A program made the translations under genes and the position numbers. Shown piece after piece: positions 18,017-27,305 of a stretch of DNA of 64,000 nucleotides. Position 1 is the first letter of the stretch. Each line of letters starts with the position of its first letter. This DNA comes from Vicinamibacteria bacterium (GTDB lineage: Bacteria; Acidobacteriota; Vicinamibacteria; Marinacidobacterales; Marinacidobacteraceae): NCBI GenBank assembly GCA_963555995.3, contig OY821641.1, forward strand, positions 288,001 through 352,000, in the 5' to 3' direction. Under the pieces are notes generated by a model, which did no database searches, was not told the origin of the DNA, and saw only the letters and a list, made by a program, of their open reading frames with translations.

Positions 18017-19321
18017 TCAGGCAGATTTCGGGAGGCCGTTGCGGGCGACGTCCTCGTACACGTTGCAGAAGTAGTCGAGCTCGGCCATGGTCGTGTAGAG
18101 GTTCGGCGTGATCCGGAGTCCCTGGAACTCCTCGTGCATGATGGGAGTGACGATGATGTGGTGCTTCTCCCAGAAGTAGTCGCGGAGCCGGGGCGGTTCG
18201 ACCGTCGTCAGGTTGATGTTGCCGATGGCGCAACTCAACCGGGGGTTGCGCGAAGTGTGGAGTTCGGTGTTCGGCAGCGCTGAGAGGCGGTCGGCCCACG
18301 TGTCCTTCAGGTAGCGGAGCCGGGCCTCCTTGTTCTTCGCGCCCACCGTGTTGTGGAAGGTGATCGCTTCTCCGACCGCCACGAAGTTGGCGGCGGGATG
18401 GGTGCCGATCTCCTCGTACTTGCGGATGTCGGCGTCCATGCGCTCGGGGGCCGGCATCATGGGCCAGATCTTCGGGATCTTGTCCTTCTTCACGTAGAGC
18501 ATCCCGGTGCCCTTGGGGGCGAGCAGCCACTTGTGGAGGCTGGTGCCGAAGTAGTCGCAGCCGATGTCTTCGAGCTTGAAGTCGAACTGGGCGAACGAGT
18601 GCGCCCCGTCCACCATGACCTCGATCCCGTGCTCGCGGGCCAGGTCGCAGACCGCCTTCACCGGCAGGATCTGACCGGTGAGGTTGATCTGGTGGGACAT
18701 CAGGATGATCCGGGTCTTGTCGGTAATCGCGCCCCGGAACCCCTCCACGACCTCCTCGTCGGTCTCCGCCGGGGTCGGGATCTGGATGAACTTGAGGTCA
18801 ATGCCCTCGCGGCGCACCCGCTGGCGGATGGTGGTGAGCATCCGCCCGTAGTCCTGGGTGGTGGTGAGGATCTCGTCGCCGGACTGGAGATCCATCCCCA
18901 GCAGCAGGATCTCCATGGCTTCGGAGGTGTTCCGGACCAGCGCCACCTCCTCGGGGTCGCAGCCGAAAAGCACCGCGAGCCGTTGCCGCACGTTCTCCTT
19001 CCGGGGCTGGAGGATCTGCCACATCGTGTACACGGGGGCTTCCTCCGATTCCCAGATGTAGCGGACGAAGGCGTCGGTGACCATTCGGGGTGACGGGCAC
19101 ACGCCCCCGTTGTTCAGGTTGATGATCGAGCGGGTGACGCTGAACGCCTGCTGGATCTCACTCCAGTAGTTCTCGTCGGACGCCAGGTCTTCGGGACTCC
19201 GGCCCGACGTCCGCTGCGCGGCGGCCTCGACGCTGCGGATCGTTTCCGGCCCGAAGAGGGTGGTGACGAGCGCCGCGCCGCCCGCTTCGCCCACCGAACT
19301 GAGAAACCGCCTGCGCCGCAT
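18017..19321 (-). CDS. Class V PLP-dependent aminotransferase (isopenicillin N epimerase-like) with Tat signal
   Basis: MRRRRFL, NLNNGG, DGAHS, SLHKWL. Confidence 0.88.
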   Translation of the reverse strand: MRRRRFLSSVGEAGGAALVTTLFGPETIRSVEAAAQRTSGRSPEDLASDENYWSEIQQAFSVTRSIINLNNGGVCPSPRMVTDAFVRYIWESEEAPVYTMWQILQPRKENVRQRLAVLFGCDPEEVALVRNTSEAMEILLLGMDLQSGDEILTTTQDYGRMLTTIRQRVRREGIDLKFIQIPTPAETDEEVVEGFRGAITDKTRIILMSHQINLTGQILPVKAVCDLAREHGIEVMVDGAHSFAQFDFKLEDIGCDYFGTSLHKWLLAPKGTGMLYVKKDKIPKIWPMMPAPERMDADIRKYEEIGTHPAANFVAVGEAITFHNTVGAKNKEARLRYLKDTWADRLSALPNTELHTSRNPRLSCAIGNINLTTVEPPRLRDYFWEKHHIIVTPIMHEEFQGLRITPNLYTTMAELDYFCNVYEDVARNGLPKSA

Positions 19322-19471
19322 CGTTCAACTCCTTGGGGGAACCCGGAATCCGAACCGGAATCGGCGGATGGGGCCCTGAATTCGGCGGAATTTACCACCG
19401 GGATCCGGTGCGACCCCCGGGTCCGCCGGGCAGTAGAGGCCGACTCCGCGTCCAGGGAATACCATCCCGGA

Positions 19472-20998
19472 ATGCTCGACGCACTCTCCGACCTGCTGCG
19501 CCGGATGCCCCCGATCTTCGATTCGACCGTGGGTCACCTGGTGATCGCGCTGGGCGTGCTGGTGGCCGCCTTCGGCTTCGCGCTGGTGGTGGTCATCCTG
19601 CTCCGCCGGGTGCTGTTCCGACTGGGTCTGCGGGAGCGGATCGCGTCCCGGGTCGCCGGCGGGGTGCGGCTGGCGCTCGGCCCCGAACGGGCCTCCCAGC
19701 AGGACGTCGAGGCGATCGCCGGCCGGATCGTCTTCTGGGGACTGCTGATCCTCGTGGTGGCGGCGGTCGCCTCGGTCGTGGACTTCTCCGGGGTCGGGGG
19801 CATCGGCGGGATGCTGCTGGGCCGGATCATGGGGATGGTTGCCCAGTTGGGACGGGCGCTCGTCCTGCTGCTCGCCGCCTGGTTCCTGGCCGCGGTGCTC
19901 CGCCGCGCGGTGCGGGTGGCCCTCGAGGCCGCGGGCGTGGACGAGCGGCTCGACCGGGGGACCGAGCGGCCGCCGGGGCGGATCTCGCACGCGGTGCCCG
20001 AGGTCGTCTACTGGGTCGTCCTCCTCCTGTTCCTGCCCCCGATCCTGGCGGCGCTCGACCTCGAGGGGGTGCTCCTTCCGATCGAGACGGTCGTGAACCA
20101 GGTGATCACCTTCCTGCCGAACGTGCTGGGCGCGATCATCATCTTCCTGGTCGGGTGGTTCATCGCGCGGATCGCGAAGGCGGTGGTGACCAACCTGCTC
20201 GCCGCGGTGGGGCTCGACACGGCGGCGGAACGGCTCGGCCTCCGGCGGGTCCTGGGTTCGCGGACCCCGTCGGCGCTGCTCGGCGGGATCGCCTATCTGC
20301 TGGTGCTCTTCCCGGTGATCCTGACCGGGCTCGACCGGCTGAGCCTCGACGTGATCACCCGGCCGGCGAGCGACATGCTCGGACGGGTCTTCAATGCCCT
20401 GCCGCTCCTGCTGGTCGCGGTGGCGCTCCTGCTCACGGCGTACGTGGTGGGGCGCGTGATCTCGAACCTCGCGCGCGACCTGCTGCGGGAAGCCGGCTTC
20501 GACCACGTCCTGACCCGGATCGGGCTGACCAGCACCGCGACGGCCGACGACCACACGGCCTCGAACGTCGTGCGGGTGGTGGTGCTCGCCCTCATCATGC
20601 TGTTCGCGAGCATCGAGGCGGCGAGCCTGGTGGGCTTCGACAACGTGGCGGACCTTCTCTCCCGGCTGCTCCAGTTCACCGGCCATTTCCTGCTGGGAGT
20701 GGTGTTCCTGGGCTTCGGGGTCTTCCTCGCGAACCTGTCGGCGCGCGCCATCAGCGCCAGCCGGGTCCCGCAGGCGCGGCTCCTCGCGTTGGCGGCGCGG
20801 GTCGGCATCCTGCTGTTCACCACCGCGGTGGGCCTCCGCCAGATGGGCATCGCCAACGAGATCATCGAGCTGGCCTTCGGCATCGTGCTGGGCGCGGTGG
20901 CGGTGGCGTTCGCGGTGGCCTTCGGCCTCGGCGGCCGGGACGCCGCGTCCCGGCAGATCGAGCGCTGGCAGTCACGCATCTCGGACGAGGATCGGTAG
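19472..20998 (+). CDS. Membrane protein with mechanosensitive-channel-associated TM-helix repeats (CmpX-like)
   Basis: FLPNVLGAIIIFLVGWFIA-type repeats; C-terminal AFGLGGRDAA. Confidence 0.8.
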   Translation: MLDALSDLLRRMPPIFDSTVGHLVIALGVLVAAFGFALVVVILLRRVLFRLGLRERIASRVAGGVRLALGPERASQQDVEAIAGRIVFWGLLILVVAAVASVVDFSGVGGIGGMLLGRIMGMVAQLGRALVLLLAAWFLAAVLRRAVRVALEAAGVDERLDRGTERPPGRISHAVPEVVYWVVLLLFLPPILAALDLEGVLLPIETVVNQVITFLPNVLGAIIIFLVGWFIARIAKAVVTNLLAAVGLDTAAERLGLRRVLGSRTPSALLGGIAYLLVLFPVILTGLDRLSLDVITRPASDMLGRVFNALPLLLVAVALLLTAYVVGRVISNLARDLLREAGFDHVLTRIGLTSTATADDHTASNVVRVVVLALIMLFASIEAASLVGFDNVADLLSRLLQFTGHFLLGVVFLGFGVFLANLSARAISASRVPQARLLALAARVGILLFTTAVGLRQMGIANEIIELAFGIVLGAVAVAFAVAFGLGGRDAASRQIERWQSRISDEDR

Positions 20999-21004
20999 GG
21001 GCCG

Positions 21005-23065
21005 GTGGACAGTTCGCCGGGGAGCCTTTCCTGGCGCGGCCGGGTCATCCGCCGCGCCGCGGTCATCGGCTCGGGGCAGATCGGGCCGGACATCGCCCTT
21101 CACCTCGTCAAGACCCTCTCGCCCCACGGGGTGGAGACGGTGGTGCTGGACATCGCGGAAGCGGCGCTCGCGGTCGGCCGCCGAAAGATGTTCCGGAAGA
21201 TCGAGAAGGGTCAGCAGTCCGGCGCGTTCCGGGACGCCCAGGCCGACCGGATGCGCGGCTCCGTCGAGTTCACGAGCGACTACGGCCGGCTCGCCGGGGT
21301 GGACCTGGTCATCGAGACGGCGTCCGAGGATCTCGCGATCAAGCGGCGCATCTTCCGGTCGGTGGAGGAACTTGCCGGTCCGGAGGCGGTGCTGCTCTCG
21401 AACTCCTCCCACATCGAGCCGTCCCGCATCTTCTCGGAGCTCGCCGAGCCGGGCCGCGCGGCGGTGGCGCACTACTTCTTCCCGGCGGAGCGCAACCCGG
21501 TCGTGGAGATTGTCGCCGCCGAACCCGCGCGCGGCCTCGCGCCGTGGCTGCTCGGCTTCTACGAGGAGATCGGCAAGGTGCCGGTGGCCGTCGAGAGCCG
21601 CTTCGGCCACGCCCTGAACCCGATCTTCGAAGGGATGTTCCTCGCGGCGGCGCTCGCGGTCGAGGAGGGGCTCGGGACGTCGAAGGAGGTGGACGACGTC
21701 GCCCGCCGGGCGCTCCGGCTCGGGATCGGGCCGTTCACCGCCATGAACCTGACCGGCGGCAACCCGATCGCCCACGAGGGGTTCGCCGAGATGCACGAGC
21801 GCCTCCATCCCTGGTTCCGGGTCCCGCGGCTCCTCGAGGAGGCGGTGGCGGAGGAGGGGCCTACCGGCCGGGTGTGGGACGTGCCCGCCCGCGGCGAAGC
21901 GGTCGCCGTTCCCGAGGACCGCCGGAAACACATCGAGGAACGGATCACCGCCGCGTATCTGGGACTGGCCGCCTGGACCGCCGCGGACGGGGCGATCTCC
22001 GTCCCGGACCTGGACATGGCCTGCCATCTCGCCCTCGCGGTGGTGCATCCCTTCGGGCTCATGCGGAAGCTGGGAGCGGCCCGGGTTTCGGAACTCCTCG
22101 GCTCCTACCGCGAGCGGGAGCCGGACTTCTTCGACCCCGCCGGGTTCGCCGGGCGGCTTCCGGAATGGACCTCCCGGCCGGTCCCCCGGGTGGGCCGGCG
22201 CGACGTTCCGGCGGCGCCGGGCGCGGTGGCGGTGCTGACCATCCGCCGGCCGGAGGTGCTCGGCGCGCTCGACGAGGACGTCTTCCGGGAGCTGGACGCC
22301 CACCTCACCGAAGTGGCGGCGGACGACCGGATCCTCGGGCTGGTGATCACCGGCTTCGGGGTCAAGGCGTTCGTCTCCGGCGCCGACGTGAGGACGCTGG
22401 CCCGGATCGGCAGTCCGGAGGACGGCGAGCGGTTCTCCCGCGCCTCGCACGAGGTCCTGAATCGGGTTGCCGGTCTCGGGAAGCCGGTGGTCTGCGCCCT
22501 CAACGGGATGGCGGTCGGCGGCGGGAACGAGCTGGCCTTGGCCTGCCACGCCCGGATCGGCCGGGAGGGACTCAGGGTGCTCGCGATGCAGCCGGAGCCG
22601 AACCTCGGGATCATCCCCGGCGCCGGCGGCACGCAACGCCTCCCTCGGCTCATCGGGGTGGAGGCGGCGTGGGAGATCCTCCGCACCGGGCGTCCGGTTT
22701 CCGCGGCGGAGGCGCTCGAACTCGGGCTCGTCAGTGAACTGGTCCCCGGCGAGCGGCTCCGGGAGCGGGCGGTTCAGGTCGCCGCCGAAGCCGCGCGGGG
22801 GGAACGGGTGCTGCCGCCGATGCCGGCGGGACCGATCCCCACCCCGGAGACGTGTCCCGACGTGGACCTCGGCCATCTCTCCCGCGCCGTGGACGGGTTC
22901 ATCCAGCGGGCGGTCCGCGAGGGCGCCGCGATGGATCTCGCCGCCGGACTGGAGCACGAGATCCGGCTCTTCGGCGAGGGCTGCGCGCTCGAGGACATGC
23001 GGATCGGGGTCCGCAACTTCATCGAGAACGGCCCCCGAACGAAAGCAACCTTCCTCCACCGCTGA
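21005..23065 (+). CDS. 3-hydroxyacyl-CoA dehydrogenase / enoyl-CoA hydratase fusion
   Basis: N-terminal VIGSGQIG, ETASEDL.IK, SNSS, HYFFP; C-terminal FVSGAD, GGGNELALAC, QPE.NLGIIPGAGGT. Confidence 0.9.
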   Translation: MDSSPGSLSWRGRVIRRAAVIGSGQIGPDIALHLVKTLSPHGVETVVLDIAEAALAVGRRKMFRKIEKGQQSGAFRDAQADRMRGSVEFTSDYGRLAGVDLVIETASEDLAIKRRIFRSVEELAGPEAVLLSNSSHIEPSRIFSELAEPGRAAVAHYFFPAERNPVVEIVAAEPARGLAPWLLGFYEEIGKVPVAVESRFGHALNPIFEGMFLAAALAVEEGLGTSKEVDDVARRALRLGIGPFTAMNLTGGNPIAHEGFAEMHERLHPWFRVPRLLEEAVAEEGPTGRVWDVPARGEAVAVPEDRRKHIEERITAAYLGLAAWTAADGAISVPDLDMACHLALAVVHPFGLMRKLGAARVSELLGSYREREPDFFDPAGFAGRLPEWTSRPVPRVGRRDVPAAPGAVAVLTIRRPEVLGALDEDVFRELDAHLTEVAADDRILGLVITGFGVKAFVSGADVRTLARIGSPEDGERFSRASHEVLNRVAGLGKPVVCALNGMAVGGGNELALACHARIGREGLRVLAMQPEPNLGIIPGAGGTQRLPRLIGVEAAWEILRTGRPVSAAEALELGLVSELVPGERLRERAVQVAAEAARGERVLPPMPAGPIPTPETCPDVDLGHLSRAVDGFIQRAVREGAAMDLAAGLEHEIRLFGEGCALEDMRIGVRNFIENGPRTKATFLHR

Positions 23066-23141
23066 TCGGAGCGCCGGCCCGGACCGCCGGCCCGACCGTG
23101 TGGCAGGGAAAACGTAGCCCCGGGGGTCGTTCAGTTGCCCT

Positions 23142-23329
23142 GATGGCGCCGCCGGCTTGGAACGCCCGCTTCAGCCGGCACGGCGACCCGCAGAGCCGCG
23201 GGCGGTTCGTCGCTACCCCAGGTGCATAGGCGCGTGCAGCCGAGCCATCCGGCGAATGAGATCTGTCTCGCCGCGCGCCTTCGGCGGGCTGTGCCGGCTC
23301 AAGCCGGCGTTCCAAGCCGTCCCGCCGCC
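23142..23329. mobile_element. REPIN-like element (family B): inverted REP doublet with conserved spacer
   Basis: Colinear with 59459-59640; ends GGCTTGGAACGCC.GCTTCAGCCGGCAC / GTGCCGGCT.AAGCCGGCGTTCCAAGCC. Confidence 0.85.
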
Positions 23330-23436
23330 TTGATCATCAATGGGGTGTGCAGGAGCACCTGATCCTGGGTGTTTATCCCGGGTCCGGGTCCGGAGGGACG
23401 CGACATGCACGCCCCCGGGCCTACCCGCGATTGACC

Positions 23437-24354
23437 CTACTTCCCCAGGCCGTCCCAGATGTCGTTCATGCCGAGCTGGTAGGCGAGCTGGCGCAGCGAG
23501 TCCGTGGTCTTCAGGTCGAGGAGGATTCCACGGGTGCGGCGCTGCTCCTCGACGGCGGCGGCCTCCTGCCCCGGATAGCTGATCCGGGCCCGCCGCAGTT
23601 GGGAGAGCCGCTCCACCATCCGGTTGCGGAAACCGGCCCAGGGGGCAAAGGCGCGAACCCGGAAGGCGAGGAACAACTGCCCGGTTCCGCCGTGCACCGG
23701 TTCGGGCCGGGGCTCGGCGGTGAATTCCGCCGGCAGCGCGGCGCCCCCGAGACTCACCAGGAACTCGAGCGCCAGCGCCAGGTCCCGGTCGCCGCCGTCC
23801 GGGAAGCGGAGATTCAGGACGAGCGGATCCGCCGTTTCCGCGGTCGGCACCGCAATTCCGAGCGCGACCGGGTGGGTGGCGGCGGGAGAAGCGCCCGGTT
23901 CCGGCAGGCCCGGATCACCGGCGATCGCGATGCCTGCCATCTGGTGGGGCAGCGCGAGAGCGGCGGCGCGTCCCGCCGATCCCAGACGGTTGCCGCGGCG
24001 CACCGCAGTGCTGCCGACGCCGTGCCGGTTCGCGCCGCCGATGGCCTCGGTCATCGCCCGCTGGGCGACCGCGGGCCCCGGTCCGTTGTCGCCGTCGAGC
24101 ACCGCCGTCCCGCCCGAGGAGGCCACCAGCTTCATCTCCGGCGCGGTGTTCACGTGCCGCGTGGAGAGTTTCCGGGCCAGGTCGGGCAGCCAGACCACCC
24201 CGTCGGCGTCCTCCCCGGCGAGGTTGGCCGCCACCATCGCGTCCGCCGTCTGCGACGCCAGTTCCGGCGCCAGCCGAACCCGCTTCAGCGCTTCCCGGAC
24301 GAAGAAGTGGAGCTGCCCGTGCCGGACCCGGAGCGGTGCTCCTTCCCCGCTCAC
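23437..24354 (-). CDS. Degenerate Ldh_2 (malate/L-lactate/ureidoglycolate dehydrogenase) family protein
   Basis: AVLDGDNGPG, GVGSTAVRRGNRLG, GQLFLAF, YPGQ; GTG start overlaps the upstream stop. Confidence 0.7.
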   Translation of the reverse strand: MSGEGAPLRVRHGQLHFFVREALKRVRLAPELASQTADAMVAANLAGEDADGVVWLPDLARKLSTRHVNTAPEMKLVASSGGTAVLDGDNGPGPAVAQRAMTEAIGGANRHGVGSTAVRRGNRLGSAGRAAALALPHQMAGIAIAGDPGLPEPGASPAATHPVALGIAVPTAETADPLVLNLRFPDGGDRDLALALEFLVSLGGAALPAEFTAEPRPEPVHGGTGQLFLAFRVRAFAPWAGFRNRMVERLSQLRRARISYPGQEAAAVEEQRRTRGILLDLKTTDSLRQLAYQLGMNDIWDGLGK

Positions 24355-25652
24355 GCGAAGAGCTCCCGCAGCGTCCCGCTCCAGCCCCAGAACAGGACGA
24401 CCACGATGGCCGCCGGGATGACCCAGCGGATCCAGAAGAGCCAGAGACCGCCGAGCGGCTTCGCCGAGCCCCGGCTCGCCTCGGCGAGCGCGCGGCCCCG
24501 CGAGACGAAAAACCCGAGGCCGATCAGGGTAAGCGCCGACCCGATGGGCTGCATGGTCGAGCCCCAGATCAGGTCGCTCCAGCCCAGGTAGTCGGAGCTG
24601 ACCATCGAAGGCAGCGCCAGCGGGATCTGGAGGGCGACTGCCGCCGCGACCACCGTCCGCCGGCTCCACCCGGTCCAGGGGACCGCCGAGTTGACGATGA
24701 CTTCGAGGGCGGCGAGGGCCGACAGGAAGGCGGCCAGGAAGAGGGCGAGGAAGAAGACCGGGCCGAAGAACTCGCCGCCGGGCATGGCGGCGAAGACGCG
24801 GGGCAGGGTGAAGAAGACGAGTGGCGGCCCCGAGGCCGGCTCCACCCCGAGGGCGAAGGCCGCCGGCAGCACCGCGAGCCCGCCGAGGATGGCGGCGCCC
24901 GAATCCCCGAAGATCGTCGTGCCGGACAGCCGGCGCAGGTTGGCGTTCGAGGGCAGGTAGCTGCCGTAGGCGAGGAAGAAGGTGCCGCCGAGCGAAAGGC
25001 TGAAGAACGCCTGTCCGAGGGCCGCCAGGAACGTCTCGGCGCTCACGCTGCCGAGGTCGGGCCAGAGGAGGTAGCGGATTCCCTCGGAGGCGCCCGGCAG
25101 CGTGACCGAGCGGACGGCGACCACCACCAGGCCGATGGCGACGAGCGGCATGGCGATCCGCGACAGCCGCTCGACGCCCCGCCGCACCCCGAAGGCGGCG
25201 ACCAGGCCCATCGCCCCGAACACGAGCACGGTGAGGCTGAGATTCAGCCCCGTCATGCCGCCGAAGTTCCGGGCGTAGAACGCCTCGGGTTCGACCACCA
25301 CGCCGCCGAGCGCGGCGTAGAACAGGACCTGGGCCACCACCACCGTGTAGTAGGAGCAGGCCATGAACACGGTCAGGAAGAGCAGGCCCCCGATGAAGCG
25401 GCCGCCGGGCATTCCGATGCCGGTGAAGGCGCCGCCGGGACCCGCCCGGGTCAGCCGTCCCAGGCTCCACTCGCCGATCAGCGCCGGAGCGCCGAGCAGC
25501 AGGACGAAGGCGATGTAGATGGCGACGAACGCCCCGCCCCCGTACTGGCCCGCCATGTAGGGGAACCGCCAGATGTTCGCGAGGCCGACGGCGACCCCGA
25601 TGAGCGTCATCGCGGTCCCGAAGCGGGTTCCGAAGCGCTCGCCGACGCTCAT
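24351..25652 (-). CDS. Sodium-dependent transporter, NSS/SNF family
   Basis: AVGLANIWRFPY, GGGAF, QAFFSLSLG. Confidence 0.92.
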   Translation of the reverse strand: MSVGERFGTRFGTAMTLIGVAVGLANIWRFPYMAGQYGGGAFVAIYIAFVLLLGAPALIGEWSLGRLTRAGPGGAFTGIGMPGGRFIGGLLFLTVFMACSYYTVVVAQVLFYAALGGVVVEPEAFYARNFGGMTGLNLSLTVLVFGAMGLVAAFGVRRGVERLSRIAMPLVAIGLVVVAVRSVTLPGASEGIRYLLWPDLGSVSAETFLAALGQAFFSLSLGGTFFLAYGSYLPSNANLRRLSGTTIFGDSGAAILGGLAVLPAAFALGVEPASGPPLVFFTLPRVFAAMPGGEFFGPVFFLALFLAAFLSALAALEVIVNSAVPWTGWSRRTVVAAAVALQIPLALPSMVSSDYLGWSDLIWGSTMQPIGSALTLIGLGFFVSRGRALAEASRGSAKPLGGLWLFWIRWVIPAAIVVVLFWGWSGTLRELFA

Positions 25653-25658
25653 GGCCGC

Positions 25659-26387
25659 TCAGTTCGCACGCAGGTAGTCGCGGGCGTTCAGGGCCTGCCC
25701 GGTCGTGCCTGCCGATTCCGGGGACGCCAGGTGAACGAACACCTCCGCGATCTCTTCCGGCGTCGGGAGGGTCAGCGGATCCTCCGCCGGGTAGGCGGCG
25801 GCGCGCATCGGGGTGCGGGTCGCTCCCGGATTGACGCTGTTCACCCGGACCCCGGTGTCCCCGAGCTCGGCGGCGAGGGTTTGGGTGAAGCCCTCGAGGC
25901 CGAACTTGGACACCGCGTAGGGCCCCCAGTTGGGCTTGCCGATGCGGCCCACGGTCGAGCTGACGTTGATGATGGAGGCGGTCTCCCGTTCGAGGAAGGC
26001 CGGGAGGAGCGGCTTCGTCACGTAGAGCAGGCTCGCGGTGTTGATCCGCAGGGTGTCCGCCCAGACCTTCGGGTCCTGCTCGATGATGGGCCCTCGCACG
26101 CCCAGGATCGAGGCGTTGTTGACGAGGACCGAAAGGTCGGGGAAGCGGGCGAGCGCGGCATGGACCATCGCCCCGGCCGATTCCGGGTCGCCGACGTCCG
26201 AGGCGGCATAGCCGATCCGCCCCGGGTGAGCCGCTGCGAGTTCGTCGGCGGTCTCGCGGAGGCGGTCCTCACCGCGGGCGGTCAGGAAGACCCGGGCTCC
26301 CTCCCGGAGGAAGACGCGGGCGAGGCCGCGCCCGATCCCGGAGGAGGCGCCGGTGATCAGCGCCGAGATGCCATCGAGCCGTCTCAC
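25659..26387 (-). CDS. SDR family oxidoreductase (YciK-like)
   Basis: TGASSGIG, NNAS, YAVSK, NPGATRTPMRAAAYP.EDP. Confidence 0.9.
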   Translation of the reverse strand: MRRLDGISALITGASSGIGRGLARVFLREGARVFLTARGEDRLRETADELAAAHPGRIGYAASDVGDPESAGAMVHAALARFPDLSVLVNNASILGVRGPIIEQDPKVWADTLRINTASLLYVTKPLLPAFLERETASIINVSSTVGRIGKPNWGPYAVSKFGLEGFTQTLAAELGDTGVRVNSVNPGATRTPMRAAAYPAEDPLTLPTPEEIAEVFVHLASPESAGTTGQALNARDYLRAN

Positions 26388-26527
26388 GGGTCTCTCGTCC
26401 GCGCCTCTTCGGCCAGCAGGCGCGCGCGTTCGCGGCGGAGCCTGCGTTCGAGCAGCCCGAGCCGGACCACGTACGCCCCGAGCAGCACGAAGAAGGCGGT
26501 GTAGCCGGCGGACAGCCAGTCGTTCAT
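26384..26527 (-). CDS. ccmD: CcmD-like small membrane protein
   Basis: 47 aa with one TM helix and a basic tail; ATGA overlap with the ccmC stop. Confidence 0.7.
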   Translation of the reverse strand: MNDWLSAGYTAFFVLLGAYVVRLGLLERRLRRERARLLAEEARTRDP

Positions 26528-27258
26528 GACGCCGCCGCGAGTCGCCGCGCGCGAAGCGCTTCGACCGCGCGTGTTTCCCGCTCCAGTTCCATCCGCCACT
26601 GGAAGAGCCAGATGAAGAGGAAGGTGAAGGCGGCGAGGCAGATGAGCAGCGCGACCCACATGTCGGGGTGGAGCCCCGAGTCCGGTCCGCCCATGATGAC
26701 CGGCGCCGGATGCTGGGTGCGCCACCAGCGGATCGAGAAGTAGACGATGGGTACGTCGGCGCCACCGAGGATGCCGAGTACCGCCGCCAGGTTGGCCCGC
26801 CGGGTGGGGTCGTCCACGTAGCCGCGGAGCAGGAGATAGCCGGCGTAGATCAGCCAGAGGACGAAGGCCGTGGTCAGCCGGGCGTCCCACGTCCACCAGA
26901 TCCCCCACGCCGGCTTCGCCCAGATGATCCCCATCGCGAGTCCGGTGGTGGCGAACAGCGTGCCGATCTCGGCGGCGGCGAGCGCCGCCATGTCGTAGCG
27001 CGGATTCCGGGTGCGGAGCCAGGCGACGCTCGCCCCGGCGACGAGCAGAAAGGCGGCGAAGGCGAGCCACCACGAGGCGATGTGGAAGTAGAACAGCCGC
27101 TGGAGGTCGCCCATGGTGAGTTCGGTGGGCGCGTAGAAGAAGACCGCCCAACTGGACACCACGAGGCCGAGCGCGGCGGGGATCGCCCATCTGCCGCCGC
27201 GCCGCGGTGCGCCGCCGTTCATGGCTCCCGGGCGGTTGCCGGGTGTCTCGCTGCTCAT
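26524..27258 (-). CDS. ccmC: Heme exporter / cytochrome c assembly protein CcmC (start uncertain)
   Basis: QRLFYFH, WWD domain WAKPAWGIWWTWDARLT, WWRTQHP. Confidence 0.92.
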   Translation of the reverse strand: MSSETPGNRPGAMNGGAPRRGGRWAIPAALGLVVSSWAVFFYAPTELTMGDLQRLFYFHIASWWLAFAAFLLVAGASVAWLRTRNPRYDMAALAAAEIGTLFATTGLAMGIIWAKPAWGIWWTWDARLTTAFVLWLIYAGYLLLRGYVDDPTRRANLAAVLGILGGADVPIVYFSIRWWRTQHPAPVIMGGPDSGLHPDMWVALLICLAAFTFLFIWLFQWRMELERETRAVEALRARRLAAAS

Positions 27259-27305
27259 TCTTTCGGTCGGCAATCCAGGGAATCGGGCAGGACTATACTC
27301 GGCGA

